Positions 50,647 to 60,286 of a stretch of DNA of 64,000 nt are shown here, piece after piece (position 1 is the first letter of the stretch; the number at the start of each line of letters is the position of its first letter). The stretch spans positions 320,001-384,000 of the forward strand of contig CAWJRG010000010.1 of the NCBI GenBank assembly GCA_963845185.1, given 5' to 3'. Position numbers and translations under genes: made by a program. This DNA is from an uncultured bacterium (GTDB lineage Bacteria; Oederibacteriota; PGYV01; CAWJRG01). Below the pieces are notes generated by a model. That model was not told the origin of the DNA, made no database searches, and saw only the letters and a program-made list of their open reading frames with translations.

Positions 50647-50742
50647 CCCCTTCCCCCTCGACGGGGGAAGGTTGGGATGAGGGTGAAGCAACAGTCGAAC
50701 TACGCCACCCTCACCTTTTTCCTCTCCCGTCAAGGGAGAGGA
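50647..50742 (+). repeat. Repeat family B, copy 2
   Basis: Consensus match with a short spacer. Confidence 0.85.
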
Positions 50743-50770
50743 TGTCGCTGATTAAATTAGGTATTTTAAT

Positions 50771-51193
50771 TTATTTCAGCAGTATTACTCCGCCTACTAT
50801 AAGCAGCGCACCAGCCAGCTTCGGCAATGTAAACGCTTCTCCAAAAACCAGTATGCCGAAAATAAATGCTATGAGCGGGTAGCATCCCGCTATAGGCACA
50901 ACCCTTGAAACATCCCCGCCCTGCAGCGCGTTGTAAAAAAATACCTGGCCGCAAACGTTTGCGAGCATTGCGCCGACCATCAGCAGCGCGGCGGAATCCC
51001 ACGTAAAATTCGTGAAATTGGCCTTGTTCCTGCTCAAAAACAAGAAAAGCAGCATTGCAGCTATAAAACTGCCGATGTTTCTGAGCACTACACCGAAAGC
51101 CGGGTTTATGCCCTTGGCAAGGGCGACTTTCTCAAGCAGGGGCACCGAGCCCCAGAATACAGCCGTAAATATCGCAAACCAGAATGTCTTCAT
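50771..51193 (-). CDS. EamA/DMT family transporter
   Basis: About 5 TM; YNAL..GDVSRVVPI..LVFGE. Confidence 0.85.
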   Translation of the reverse strand: MKTFWFAIFTAVFWGSVPLLEKVALAKGINPAFGVVLRNIGSFIAAMLLFLFLSRNKANFTNFTWDSAALLMVGAMLANVCGQVFFYNALQGGDVSRVVPIAGCYPLIAFIFGILVFGEAFTLPKLAGALLIVGGVILLK

Positions 51194-51352
51194 GTTATAC
51201 CTCCAGTTTATTATTTTGATTCGGAATTACAATTTTCTTGTTCTTCTATTCAGGTTTTTACGTTCCTCTTAGTTTCTAGTTTCTGGGTCTCTCTGTCCCC
51301 TAAGTTTTTAACCAAGAGACCGGAAACAGAGAAACCGGGAGACTAACCGTAT

Positions 51353-51910
51353 CTATTTCTTTACTTTCGCCATTGTTATTTTTTTCTGCGCCTGGTACTT
51401 GCCCTTTTTGTCTGCGTATGAAACCTCGCATGTTTCTTCAGCCTTTAAAAATATCACCTGGGCAATGCCTTCATTCGAGTAAATTTTAGCCGGCCTTGAC
51501 GTTAGGTTTGCTATTGATATGGTGACAAACCCCTCCCATTCCGGCTCAAAAGGCGTGACATTCACGATTATCCCGCTCCTTGCGTAAGTCGATTTGCCGA
51601 AAGTTATCGCGAGTATGTCCCGCGGTATTTTAAAATATTCCACGCTCCTTGCCAGGACGTATGATTTCGCCGGTACAATGCACTCTTTGCCCTTGTAAAA
51701 AGTAAAATGCCCTTCCAAAAAATTTTTCGGGTCAATGATATGCGTGGCATTGTCGTCAAAAACCTTGAATTCGTCGCTGATGCGCATGTCATAGCCGTAC
51801 GAAGACACGCCGAACGATATTTTTCCCTTTGCGACCTGCCTCTCGCAAAAAGGCTTTATCATTCCTTTCTTTGCCATTTCAATAATCCAGCGGTCGTTCA
51901 TCACTCCCAT
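51353..51910 (-). CDS. dcd: dCTP deaminase
   Basis: GVSSYGYD, GKSTYARSG, TPFEPEWEG. Confidence 0.93.
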   Translation of the reverse strand: MGVMNDRWIIEMAKKGMIKPFCERQVAKGKISFGVSSYGYDMRISDEFKVFDDNATHIIDPKNFLEGHFTFYKGKECIVPAKSYVLARSVEYFKIPRDILAITFGKSTYARSGIIVNVTPFEPEWEGFVTISIANLTSRPAKIYSNEGIAQVIFLKAEETCEVSYADKKGKYQAQKKITMAKVKK

Positions 51911-51922
51911 AAATAACCTCCT

Positions 51923-52088
51923 TGATTTCGTTTACTTTGCCAAGCCGTCGAAGGCAGTCAGATAGTCCCGTGGACTATTTGACGGGTAATTTCCACAAGT
52001 CATCTAATATAAAAACTACCCAGCAAAGTATTACGAAATCATGTACCCGTTCAAGTTCGAGGCCGTCAGGCCAAGAACAAGCGGTACA
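51923..52088 (-). repeat. Two-hairpin repeat family A, copy 6 (long form)
   Basis: TGATTTCG..CGAAATCA stem; abuts AAGGAGG SD of dcd. Confidence 0.85.
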
Positions 52089-52197
52089 ATGAATTTTTAA
52101 ATCTAAAATGAGTTTTATTATATCATATTTTTCTTTCAAAAAAACAGGGTGAATCTAAAGCAAATTATCATCTACTTTGTCGACGGTTTTAAGAACA

Positions 52198-52334
52198 CCC
52201 CTTCCCCCTCGACGGGGGAAGGATGGAATGAGGGTGACGTAGCATCTGAAAGTGTTTCATTTTGCATATATCCCTTAATGACGTTTTGCCGCCACTTCAC
52301 CCTCTCCTTTTTCCTCTCCCGTCGAGGGAGAGGA
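52198..52334 (+). repeat. Repeat family B, copy 3
   Basis: Consensus match. Confidence 0.85.
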
Positions 52335-52414
52335 GACCGCCGATTTTATCGGCGTTAAGTTTAAATTTGACTTTTGATTTATTATATAATAATATGTTGC
52401 GGGTTTAAAAATCA

Positions 52415-52512
52415 GCACCGCTTGTCCCTCACAAGCCCGGGACTTGAGCGGGTACAAGATAGCGTAATGTTTTGTCTTCGCCTGTTGACGGCTCGACAAA
52501 ACAAACGCTATC
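52415..52512 (+). repeat. Two-hairpin repeat family A, copy 7 (opposite orientation)
   Basis: Reverse complement of the other copies; abuts AAGGAGG SD of the plus-strand SDR gene. Confidence 0.85.
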
Positions 52513-52528
52513 ACAAGGAGGTATTAAC

Positions 52529-53248
52529 ATGCAGGATATGAAAGGAAAAACAGCTGTCGTTACCGGCGCCAACCGCGGCATGGGCTTTGCCATGTCTGAA
52601 AAGCTGGCTGGCCTCGGCGCAAAGGTAATCATGGTTTGCAGGTCTTCAAAAACGGGCGGAGAAGCTGTTTCAAAATTAAAAAGCAAAAATCTTGATGTTG
52701 TCCTGAAAACAGCAGACGTGGAAAATCCCAAGGACATTGAAAAGCTTGGCCGTGAAATATCGGAAAAATTTCCATTGATAGACGTACTAATAAACAACGC
52801 CGGAACAAATACCGAGCCCGGCGAAGTTACAATCGAGACCATTGATATTGCGCTTTTTGAGAAAATCATAAATATAAACCTGCGCGGAACCATTTTGATG
52901 TGTAAATATTTCATACCCATGCTTAAAAAATCCGCCTCAGGCAGGATAATTAATTTTTCATCCGGTCTGGCCCAGCTTTCAGTGCCAAGGATGGGGCCAT
53001 ATCCTTCATACAGTATTTCAAAAACAGCGGTAAATGCAGTCACGAAATTGCTGGCCGACGAGTTAAAAGACACGAATATATTGGTTTTTTCTACTGACCC
53101 CGGCTGGGTAAAAACCGATATGGGCGGGCCAGAGGCGCCTTTGGAAATACAGGAAGGCATTGACACGCCTATATGGCTGGCTATTGAGGATGCCGGCAAG
53201 CTGCAGTCAGGCTATTTTTACAAGGAAAGAAAAATACTGGGGTGGTAA
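52529..53248 (+). CDS. SDR family (carbonyl reductase-like) oxidoreductase
   Basis: TGANRGMG, INNAG, YSISK, PGWVKTDM; start moved to ATG 52529. Confidence 0.92.
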   Translation: MQDMKGKTAVVTGANRGMGFAMSEKLAGLGAKVIMVCRSSKTGGEAVSKLKSKNLDVVLKTADVENPKDIEKLGREISEKFPLIDVLINNAGTNTEPGEVTIETIDIALFEKIININLRGTILMCKYFIPMLKKSASGRIINFSSGLAQLSVPRMGPYPSYSISKTAVNAVTKLLADELKDTNILVFSTDPGWVKTDMGGPEAPLEIQEGIDTPIWLAIEDAGKLQSGYFYKERKILGW

Positions 53249-53302
53249 TTTCTCGGATTGCAGATTTTTTGTTGTTTTTAAAATCCGGGTGGTGAAACAA
53301 TT

Positions 53303-54616
53303 ATGAAAAAAATTTTTGTTTTGATTGCCTTATTTTTAATTTTTGCGGGGTTAAATACGGCTTCAGGCCAGCCTGCTGGCCATGATGCGGATTCAAAACA
53401 CGGAATAATTTATGTATATCAAAATCCCGGCAAGCATGATTTTATTTCGCCTCCGGTTGTTTTGATAGACAATAAACCTGTGGGAAAAATCAACAGTTAT
53501 ACTTATTACGAGGTTTATGTGGCGCCCGGCAAACACGAAATCATGCTGGAAAAGTCTGCGAATAAACTTCAATATGATATAGCCGGGAATGATACTTACT
53601 TTATCAGCGTTGGCAATGACTGGAACGGGTTTGAAGAGCTGGAGGATGCAGGCACAGTAAAAGGGCAGGAAGAAATTAATAATTATCCGTCAGACTATAA
53701 AAAGCAGGTCTTTTTGAATTCCGGCCAGCCTGAAACACCGCTGGTTCCCGGAGTTAACGCCAAAAATTCAGAATCTTTAAAAGCTCCTGAAAATTCCGGC
53801 ACTGGCACATTGTATATCTACAGGAACACCGGGCTTGTAGGGATGCTCGCCGCCCCTGAAGTTTTCCTGAACGGTAATTTAATAGGCGTCTTAAAAAACG
53901 CTTCATATTACGTTTTGCATGTTAAACCGGGCCAATATACCCTGACCATGCCTTATTCCGGCAATCAGAACAAAAACGAAATAACAATTCAGGAAAATGA
54001 GGAATATTATTACAGCGCTGTTAATGAATTTCTTACAGGACTGGTTATTAAATACGTTAACCCGGAAAAAGGCAAATCCGAAATCATCTCATGCAGCCCG
54101 CTCGAATCAGAGACATCCGGGAATTTCGAAGAAAATAAAAACGCAATACTGCATGAGCCATCCGTCTATTTCAGGGTCGGCGGAGGAGTATTTTTGGATA
54201 TTCCGGGGCTTTTACTTTCCGGTCACGGCGTGGGCCTGTATCCTGTCGCAGACCTGCTTTTGGGAAATAAAAATGATACGAGGTTCGGGCTTTCCTGTTC
54301 TTATATACCTTACGCGGATTTTACAACGGGCATATCGGGGAAAAACTATTCATTTAACGAGCAATTTTTGCCTGTATCGGTTTTTGTTTCTTTAAACAAT
54401 TTTGCGGAATGCGGGATAGGCATATCATACGTCAATGCGCAATCAAATTTGGCGAATGTAAGCTCCGGTTATAGCGGGGTTTTCACTCTTGGATTTGCCA
54501 CAGACGAATCAACCCCACAGTATTTAACATTTGCAGAAAGAAATTATCTCTTCTATGACGGGCACAGTTTTTTATTTTTAATGTCGGTTTTCGCGGCTTT
54601 CGGCCTGAACCTTTAA
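53303..54616 (+). CDS. Secreted protein with two DUF2846-like domains and a C-terminal beta-rich region
   Basis: Signal peptide; repeated IYVY..P.V..D/NG...G.....YY...V.PG motif. Confidence 0.65.
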   Translation: MKKIFVLIALFLIFAGLNTASGQPAGHDADSKHGIIYVYQNPGKHDFISPPVVLIDNKPVGKINSYTYYEVYVAPGKHEIMLEKSANKLQYDIAGNDTYFISVGNDWNGFEELEDAGTVKGQEEINNYPSDYKKQVFLNSGQPETPLVPGVNAKNSESLKAPENSGTGTLYIYRNTGLVGMLAAPEVFLNGNLIGVLKNASYYVLHVKPGQYTLTMPYSGNQNKNEITIQENEEYYYSAVNEFLTGLVIKYVNPEKGKSEIISCSPLESETSGNFEENKNAILHEPSVYFRVGGGVFLDIPGLLLSGHGVGLYPVADLLLGNKNDTRFGLSCSYIPYADFTTGISGKNYSFNEQFLPVSVFVSLNNFAECGIGISYVNAQSNLANVSSGYSGVFTLGFATDESTPQYLTFAERNYLFYDGHSFLFLMSVFAAFGLNL

Positions 54617-54622
54617 AGTAAA

Positions 54623-54716
54623 AGCATAGCCACGCCAGTCCGGCTCGCGACCGAAAATATAGCAAGGCTTCAGTCAGGTTATTTTTTGTAAGGAAAGAAA
54701 AATCCTCGGCTGGTAA
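54623..54716 (+). pseudogene. Remnant of an SDR gene 3' end
   Basis: Translates SIATPVRLATENIARLQSGYF/KERKILGW* versus GIDTPIWLAIEDAGKLQSGYFYKERKILGW* at 53156-53248. Confidence 0.8.
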
Positions 54717-54749
54717 TTTTTTTACACAGATAGCGCAATTTTGGCTATA

Positions 54750-57074
54750 TTATTTACTAACATTTTTCCGTTTCTTTTTTATTTCAGTAAAATATACTAT
54801 AACATAAATAAAAATGCCTAACATTGTTAAAACCAGGCTAATCAGTATTTTTACCCTGCTGTAATAAAATTCTATTTCATGCTTTCCCTTATCAACCGGT
54901 ATTCCCATTATCGCGTAATCAACGTTATAAATTTTTGTACGTGTACCATCTATTTTTGCCCGCCATGAAGGGTAATACGTGTTCGAAAGCACGAGCACCC
55001 CTGCTTTGTTTGTCTCAAGGCCTATTTTTATCCTGTTAGGCGTGTATTCGGTTATATGCAGGTCATACTGCAGTTTTTCCGAGCTTGTATTTGTTAAAAT
55101 ATCTTCGGTTGTCAAAACCACATCAGGGTCAAACTGTGCCGACTTCATAAACGAAAATATCTGCTCGTCATTATCGAGTTTGCTTGCCTTGTCCAGGAAA
55201 AAAGCGCGCGGCATTACTTTTGTATCCTCTATTAATTGAATAGGGCCGTTGATTAGTTCTATAAAGTCTTTCGTTTTAATATAAACATCTGTTATGTAAT
55301 ATTTAATATTGTAAAGTCTGTTCACGGTCAGGCTGTCAAATGCCCTTTTCTTCAGCATGTTGGCGTATTTTAAAGGTAAAAGCCCGTGGTCTCCTGACAT
55401 AAATTCCAGGCCATAATATATATTTTTATTATAAAAAAAATGCCTGTCAACGTCCTGGGTTCTTGCAGGTTCTTTATCCTGCTGCAAACTCTGCATTATC
55501 TGGTTATTACCCTCAAAATAATCCGGCATATTGGCATAATTAATAAATTTTTTGTCAATTCTGTATAAATCTATAAATATTAAAGCTGCGATTATGCATA
55601 TGAAAATATAGGGTTGTTTTATTCCCTTGCGCAAAGTTAAATAAACAGTAAATAAAAAACCTGAAGTTATTACACCAAAATATGTGACATCCAGCCTGAT
55701 TTGTGATATCGCGGGTGATATAAACTCCAGCGACGGATTTTTTTTCCAGACATAAAAAAATGTATTATTAATAAAATCAGACACATGCACCGGGTTTGAA
55801 ATAAAAACTAGCATTATAAAAAAGATAATTCCTGCTGCCGCGGCTGTCCAGCTCCATATTTTAAAAAGCGTATTCCCCTTAAAATTGATTTTATATTTTT
55901 TTTCCCGTGTTATAGCCAGGATATTGCTTATCGCAATGGCAGAAAGCATTATTATAAACATATCAAAAAAATATATATACCGCAGCGGAGTCCTGAATTT
56001 ATTGATTACAGGCACGTAAAATAATATTCTGTAAAAAGGGATGTACCAGCCGCATCCAAGTATAAAAAAAACAGCTGCAGCCGCGGAAAAAAATATTGCC
56101 TGCCTCCTGGATTTTTTCAGCATAAATGCGAAAGGTAAAAGCAAGAATGGTATGATGCCTATATAAAGCGTGGTGTAGTTAGGCGCTTCAAATCCATAGT
56201 AAGTATCGCCCTGCAGACCGAAAAAGTTCGGGAATAAAAAGGATATGCTTTCCAATGGATTAAAAGACCATTGCGTAAAATCAAAATATGTAAAATCGCC
56301 CCTCCATGAATATTCAATATACCCGGTTGTCTGGAAAAGTTGCAGTGCGCTGAATAAAACAATCATGACCAGTGACAAGATAAAAAATATTGCTGTTTTT
56401 TTTATTGCCTTCATATCACGGCTATGTTCCGTGAAGAAAAGTTCATAAACAATATACAAAATAACCCCAAAATATGTGTAAAGCAACAGCTGCATTCCTA
56501 TGCAGAGTATCATAAGGGCTGCGAACAGCGACGCGTTTAAAAAATGGAAAATCTTTTTTTCTTTTATCCCCCTGCTTATGAAATAAAATACATATGGTAT
56601 CAGTGCCATTGCCTTTATATTGCCCCAGTGCCCTACGTTTACAAGCGATATTAAAAAACCGCTTATCATGAATACGAACCCTCCGAATAACGAAGCTTCT
56701 TTTGTTGTTTCAAACCTCCTTAAAAGTAAATACATCCCGAATGCTGCAACAAGCATGTGAATTATGATATCCATGGTGTAGGTATAATAAAGAGGGATTG
56801 GCAGCAACATATAAAGCAAGTTTGTCGGATAAAAATATATTAAATTAGTCGAATCTATCAGGGGTATTCCGCCGAATAAATAAGGCATCCACAAAGGCAG
56901 GTCGTGGTACTGCTGGAACATCCTTTGCGCAAAAAGCCTGAAAGGAAAATCAAGGGATATTGTGTCAGGACCGAAAAGTATTTTACCATGCTGGAAACCG
57001 TTTTTAAAAAATAAAAACGGTATAAGTATAAATGCAAGCGCGATGATTGTTTTTTCTATTTTCCTATATTGCAT
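54750..57074 (-). CDS. YfhO family membrane protein (GT-C-like)
   Basis: PLWMPYLFGGIP, LYIG, FRTPLRY, SNTYYPSWRA..DG. Confidence 0.85.
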   Translation of the reverse strand: MQYRKIEKTIIALAFILIPFLFFKNGFQHGKILFGPDTISLDFPFRLFAQRMFQQYHDLPLWMPYLFGGIPLIDSTNLIYFYPTNLLYMLLPIPLYYTYTMDIIIHMLVAAFGMYLLLRRFETTKEASLFGGFVFMISGFLISLVNVGHWGNIKAMALIPYVFYFISRGIKEKKIFHFLNASLFAALMILCIGMQLLLYTYFGVILYIVYELFFTEHSRDMKAIKKTAIFFILSLVMIVLFSALQLFQTTGYIEYSWRGDFTYFDFTQWSFNPLESISFLFPNFFGLQGDTYYGFEAPNYTTLYIGIIPFLLLPFAFMLKKSRRQAIFFSAAAAVFFILGCGWYIPFYRILFYVPVINKFRTPLRYIYFFDMFIIMLSAIAISNILAITREKKYKINFKGNTLFKIWSWTAAAAGIIFFIMLVFISNPVHVSDFINNTFFYVWKKNPSLEFISPAISQIRLDVTYFGVITSGFLFTVYLTLRKGIKQPYIFICIIAALIFIDLYRIDKKFINYANMPDYFEGNNQIMQSLQQDKEPARTQDVDRHFFYNKNIYYGLEFMSGDHGLLPLKYANMLKKRAFDSLTVNRLYNIKYYITDVYIKTKDFIELINGPIQLIEDTKVMPRAFFLDKASKLDNDEQIFSFMKSAQFDPDVVLTTEDILTNTSSEKLQYDLHITEYTPNRIKIGLETNKAGVLVLSNTYYPSWRAKIDGTRTKIYNVDYAIMGIPVDKGKHEIEFYYSRVKILISLVLTMLGIFIYVIVYFTEIKKKRKNVSK

Positions 57075-57107
57075 TATTTCATTTACCCCTATATTTATTT
57101 ATACGCA

Positions 57108-58709
57108 TTACAGCATTTCCGCCAGGTCATATTCCCCTGTTGCCATGCCTATCTGCGAATGCCCGCCGGGCCCGTATTCTTTTTCATGCGACTCGCCGCC
57201 GCCCCAGCCCTCGTACCACAAGAACCATTTGCAGTTGTATTCAAACACCTGTGCGAACCATATGCCGCCGTCGTCCCATTCGCCTTTTTCGCCGCGCGAA
57301 AACACGGGATTCTGCGTGCCTTTCATCCAGTGCACCATGTCGTATGAAAAAGCCAGCCCAAAAAAGGGCGGGTAATCATGGTACATATTGTCCCCGGCGT
57401 ACATCATGTAATAAATTCCGTCTTTCTCATAAATCCTCGGGGTTGTGACTGATTTCGAGTCCCACGCTTCCGCATCCCTGTCATAATCCAGCACCGACGT
57501 GTCGGAATATTTTTTGAAATTATACCCGTCGCGCGATGTCGCGAGGAATATGGAAAAACCGCCCCTGTCATTCGGCAGCACATATATCATGTAGATAACC
57601 CCATCTTTTTCCACTACGCTCGGCGCACGGCCAATGATCACGGGGTTTTTAGGATATTTAGAAAAATTGTAAAAATCCTTTGACAACGCGAGCCCGACTG
57701 CGTTCGTGCCCTTGCCGAGCCCGCTGTAATATAGAAAAACCTTTTGATCAAAATAAATAGCAGACGGGTCCAGCACGCCATAATTCTCAAAATCATCCCT
57801 GCCTATGTCTATTATTGGGTTTTTCGGGTAATCAATGAAATTCCTGCCGTTAAACTGGTCATAGGGCACGCTCGACACGCAAATCCTGTCTGTGCCGTCG
57901 CCTCCCCTGTAATAATAATATATGGTGTCGTTGTTTACCAGTATATCCGGGTTTGCAGTGTGCACGCTTTTGTAAGAGCCGGGCACCACCGGTATGGCAG
58001 GGTTTGCTTCGTATTTTTTCCAGTACGGGTTGCTTTTTATAACGCGGTCCTTGAAATCAGCCTTTATTTTCCCCGCAGGCTTGATAATGTTTTTTGCCCA
58101 CACAGCAAAAGGCCTTAAATCCGGGTCATGGGTTGATATCATGTCAAGGAACCCGTAAGCAGGCGCGTATTTTTTTTCTCCAAGAAGCAGTATAAATTCC
58201 TTTTTCGCGTTTTTTAAGGCGTTTGCCCTGTCAAAAAGCTTCACGGCACCGGCGTAATCGCCAATAAGCGCGCAATAGGCAAAAAACTCAGACGGGTTTG
58301 CTTCCCCGCCGCCGGGATGGACATCCTTAATTCTTTTTAAAATTTTTCCCGTATCAAACCCGGCCGTCCTGCTCCTTAACAGCAGATAATATAAATGCCC
58401 TGTTTTGTCTTTTGCCGCAGCCATGGCGCCGCATATTGCCTCGTCCAGAGCGCCGGAGCCCGCGAGCGAAAGGGTAAAAGCCGCGTCTTCGCGCAAGTCA
58501 GGGTCGTTTAAAAAATTTATTATTGCCGGCAGATATTCGCTCTGGTTTAACCTCCATATATCGGTCAGCGCTGACTTGATTTCGCTTTTATCCTGCGACT
58601 TTAGCTTTTCCTCCATGGTCTTTTCTTTGGTGCAGGAAAGGCAAAGTAATAAGATTAGCGCTGCCAGGAAAATAATGCCTGTTGGTTTTTTGTGTATTTT
58701 ATTTTTCAT
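57108..58709 (-). CDS. Lipoprotein with HEAT-like N-terminus and five-bladed beta-propeller glycosidase domain
   Basis: LCLSC lipobox; repeated KY..NPI/V, DPS, TPRI, GLAFS.D blades; start moved to ATG 58709. Confidence 0.7.
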   Translation of the reverse strand: MKNKIHKKPTGIIFLAALILLLCLSCTKEKTMEEKLKSQDKSEIKSALTDIWRLNQSEYLPAIINFLNDPDLREDAAFTLSLAGSGALDEAICGAMAAAKDKTGHLYYLLLRSRTAGFDTGKILKRIKDVHPGGGEANPSEFFAYCALIGDYAGAVKLFDRANALKNAKKEFILLLGEKKYAPAYGFLDMISTHDPDLRPFAVWAKNIIKPAGKIKADFKDRVIKSNPYWKKYEANPAIPVVPGSYKSVHTANPDILVNNDTIYYYYRGGDGTDRICVSSVPYDQFNGRNFIDYPKNPIIDIGRDDFENYGVLDPSAIYFDQKVFLYYSGLGKGTNAVGLALSKDFYNFSKYPKNPVIIGRAPSVVEKDGVIYMIYVLPNDRGGFSIFLATSRDGYNFKKYSDTSVLDYDRDAEAWDSKSVTTPRIYEKDGIYYMMYAGDNMYHDYPPFFGLAFSYDMVHWMKGTQNPVFSRGEKGEWDDGGIWFAQVFEYNCKWFLWYEGWGGGESHEKEYGPGGHSQIGMATGEYDLAEML

Positions 58710-58731
58710 GTTGTTATTCCCTGCATTTTTT

Positions 58732-58760
58732 GTAGAGACGTTGCGGCGCAACGTCTCTAC
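58732..58760. repeat. GTAG-type REP palindrome (family C)
   Basis: GTAGAGACGTTGCGGCGCAACGTCTCTAC. Confidence 0.85.
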
Positions 58761-58768
58761 ATTAAAAA

Positions 58769-60286
58769 CTATTTCATTTCCTTTTCACTGAACGCGTACA
58801 CTGTAAAAATAAACATTTCCAGGTTCTTGTCTTTTTTCCACGCGTCCCTCGGAAGGCCTGCTTTTTGCTCGCAGAGTTCCGACAAGAATTCATCCTTGCT
58901 CCATCCTGTCTCTGTCGCGACCTGCGGCAGGAAAAGGCCTGTCCTGTTGCCTTCCTTCACTATTACTCCGTCTTTTCCCATTACGATTTCATCCGGGCTT
59001 TTTATTTTCCTGTTTTCCGACAGTATTGAAATTTCAATGTCTATTTTATCGAGCTCGCTCAGGTTTACGGGCGAAAACCTGCTGTCGTTCAGGGCAGCAG
59101 AGCATGCCATTTCCACAAGCCCCTGCCTCAGGTTCATTATTGGCTCTATGAGCCCCACGCACCCTCGCAGCTGCCCGCCTTCATTTAACGTGACAAACAC
59201 CCCGTAATTCTTGTCAAAAATAGGGCCCTTATCCTTTATTTCCATCATTTTTTTGTCTTTTATGCAGGTCTTTATCGCCTCTCTTACGATTTTCAGCATT
59301 CTGGTTTTTTGCGCGTTATCCAGGCTGACGTCAAGCGTGTCTGCCGCCGCTGTGGCACCGCTGCTTAAAAAAGCAACTGCGCCGTAGCCGACTACCCTTG
59401 ACTTGTCGCCGGATGTTCCGGCTGAATTTGCAGTATGCAAAAGCTGCGCTTTATCAAGCCCGAATTTTTTCATAATCTCTATGCCTGTTATTATTGCCTT
59501 TTCCCCGCAGGCCGCGGTCACTTCGTTTTGCTTGGCGTAATTTATGACAAGGTTGTCGGCAGTTTCTTCTATCCTTTGCGTGTCCAGGCTTAAAATTGAG
59601 TTTATGCATTCCCTGTCCGATTTCTCCGCAATGTCGGCAGGCGGGTAATGCGAGAGGTCAGAGCTGATTACCACAAGGACTTTACTGCCTTTTAACACTT
59701 CGTAAATTGCTTCAGCCGCGTCCTTTGCGTCCTGCAGTGATATGTCAGACACAATCAGGGGTATAAGCTTGAATGTTTTTACCTTTTTCAGCAAAAACGG
59801 CAGTTCCACCTCAACCGAGTGTTCCTGCGCAAACGCGTCTTTCACTTCCTTTATGACTTTTGATTTTTCAATAAGTTTTTTGATTATTTTTGTGTCGCAT
59901 TGCACGTCGCCGTTCGGCAGCCTGAACCTGTCATAAAGGCATGTGTTCAGGCCGTACACCGGCGAGTAATGCGCCGTGCCTATCACTATAATATAATCGT
60001 AATTGTCGTCTATCACGCTGAAGCTGTATGCCGCTGTCTGGCCGGAAAATTCATAGCCAGCGTGCGGGGTTAAAATGCCTGTCACCCTGCCCTGCATTTT
60101 CGGCAGACGCTTGACATTGTCAAAATATTCGTTGATATTGTTGCTTAATATGTCCGGCTCTGCAGGGTAAAAGCCTCCCGCGACCCCCGGGTTTTTTATC
60201 TGCATCCCCTGCGCCCCGCAGCCGCAGGCAGCCAGGATAATTGCCGAAATTACCGTTATAACCGCCAGCGTTTTAAATAATTTCAT
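58769..60286 (-). CDS. MEMO1-like + AMMECR1-like fusion (AmmeMemoRadiSam B/A) with signal peptide
   Basis: VAGGFYP, PHAGYEFSG, EHSVEVELPFL, SSDLSHY; GVFVTL..LRGCVG, FLPQVA; ATG 60286 overlaps the queF stop. Confidence 0.88.
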   Translation of the reverse strand: MKLFKTLAVITVISAIILAACGCGAQGMQIKNPGVAGGFYPAEPDILSNNINEYFDNVKRLPKMQGRVTGILTPHAGYEFSGQTAAYSFSVIDDNYDYIIVIGTAHYSPVYGLNTCLYDRFRLPNGDVQCDTKIIKKLIEKSKVIKEVKDAFAQEHSVEVELPFLLKKVKTFKLIPLIVSDISLQDAKDAAEAIYEVLKGSKVLVVISSDLSHYPPADIAEKSDRECINSILSLDTQRIEETADNLVINYAKQNEVTAACGEKAIITGIEIMKKFGLDKAQLLHTANSAGTSGDKSRVVGYGAVAFLSSGATAAADTLDVSLDNAQKTRMLKIVREAIKTCIKDKKMMEIKDKGPIFDKNYGVFVTLNEGGQLRGCVGLIEPIMNLRQGLVEMACSAALNDSRFSPVNLSELDKIDIEISILSENRKIKSPDEIVMGKDGVIVKEGNRTGLFLPQVATETGWSKDEFLSELCEQKAGLPRDAWKKDKNLEMFIFTVYAFSEKEMK

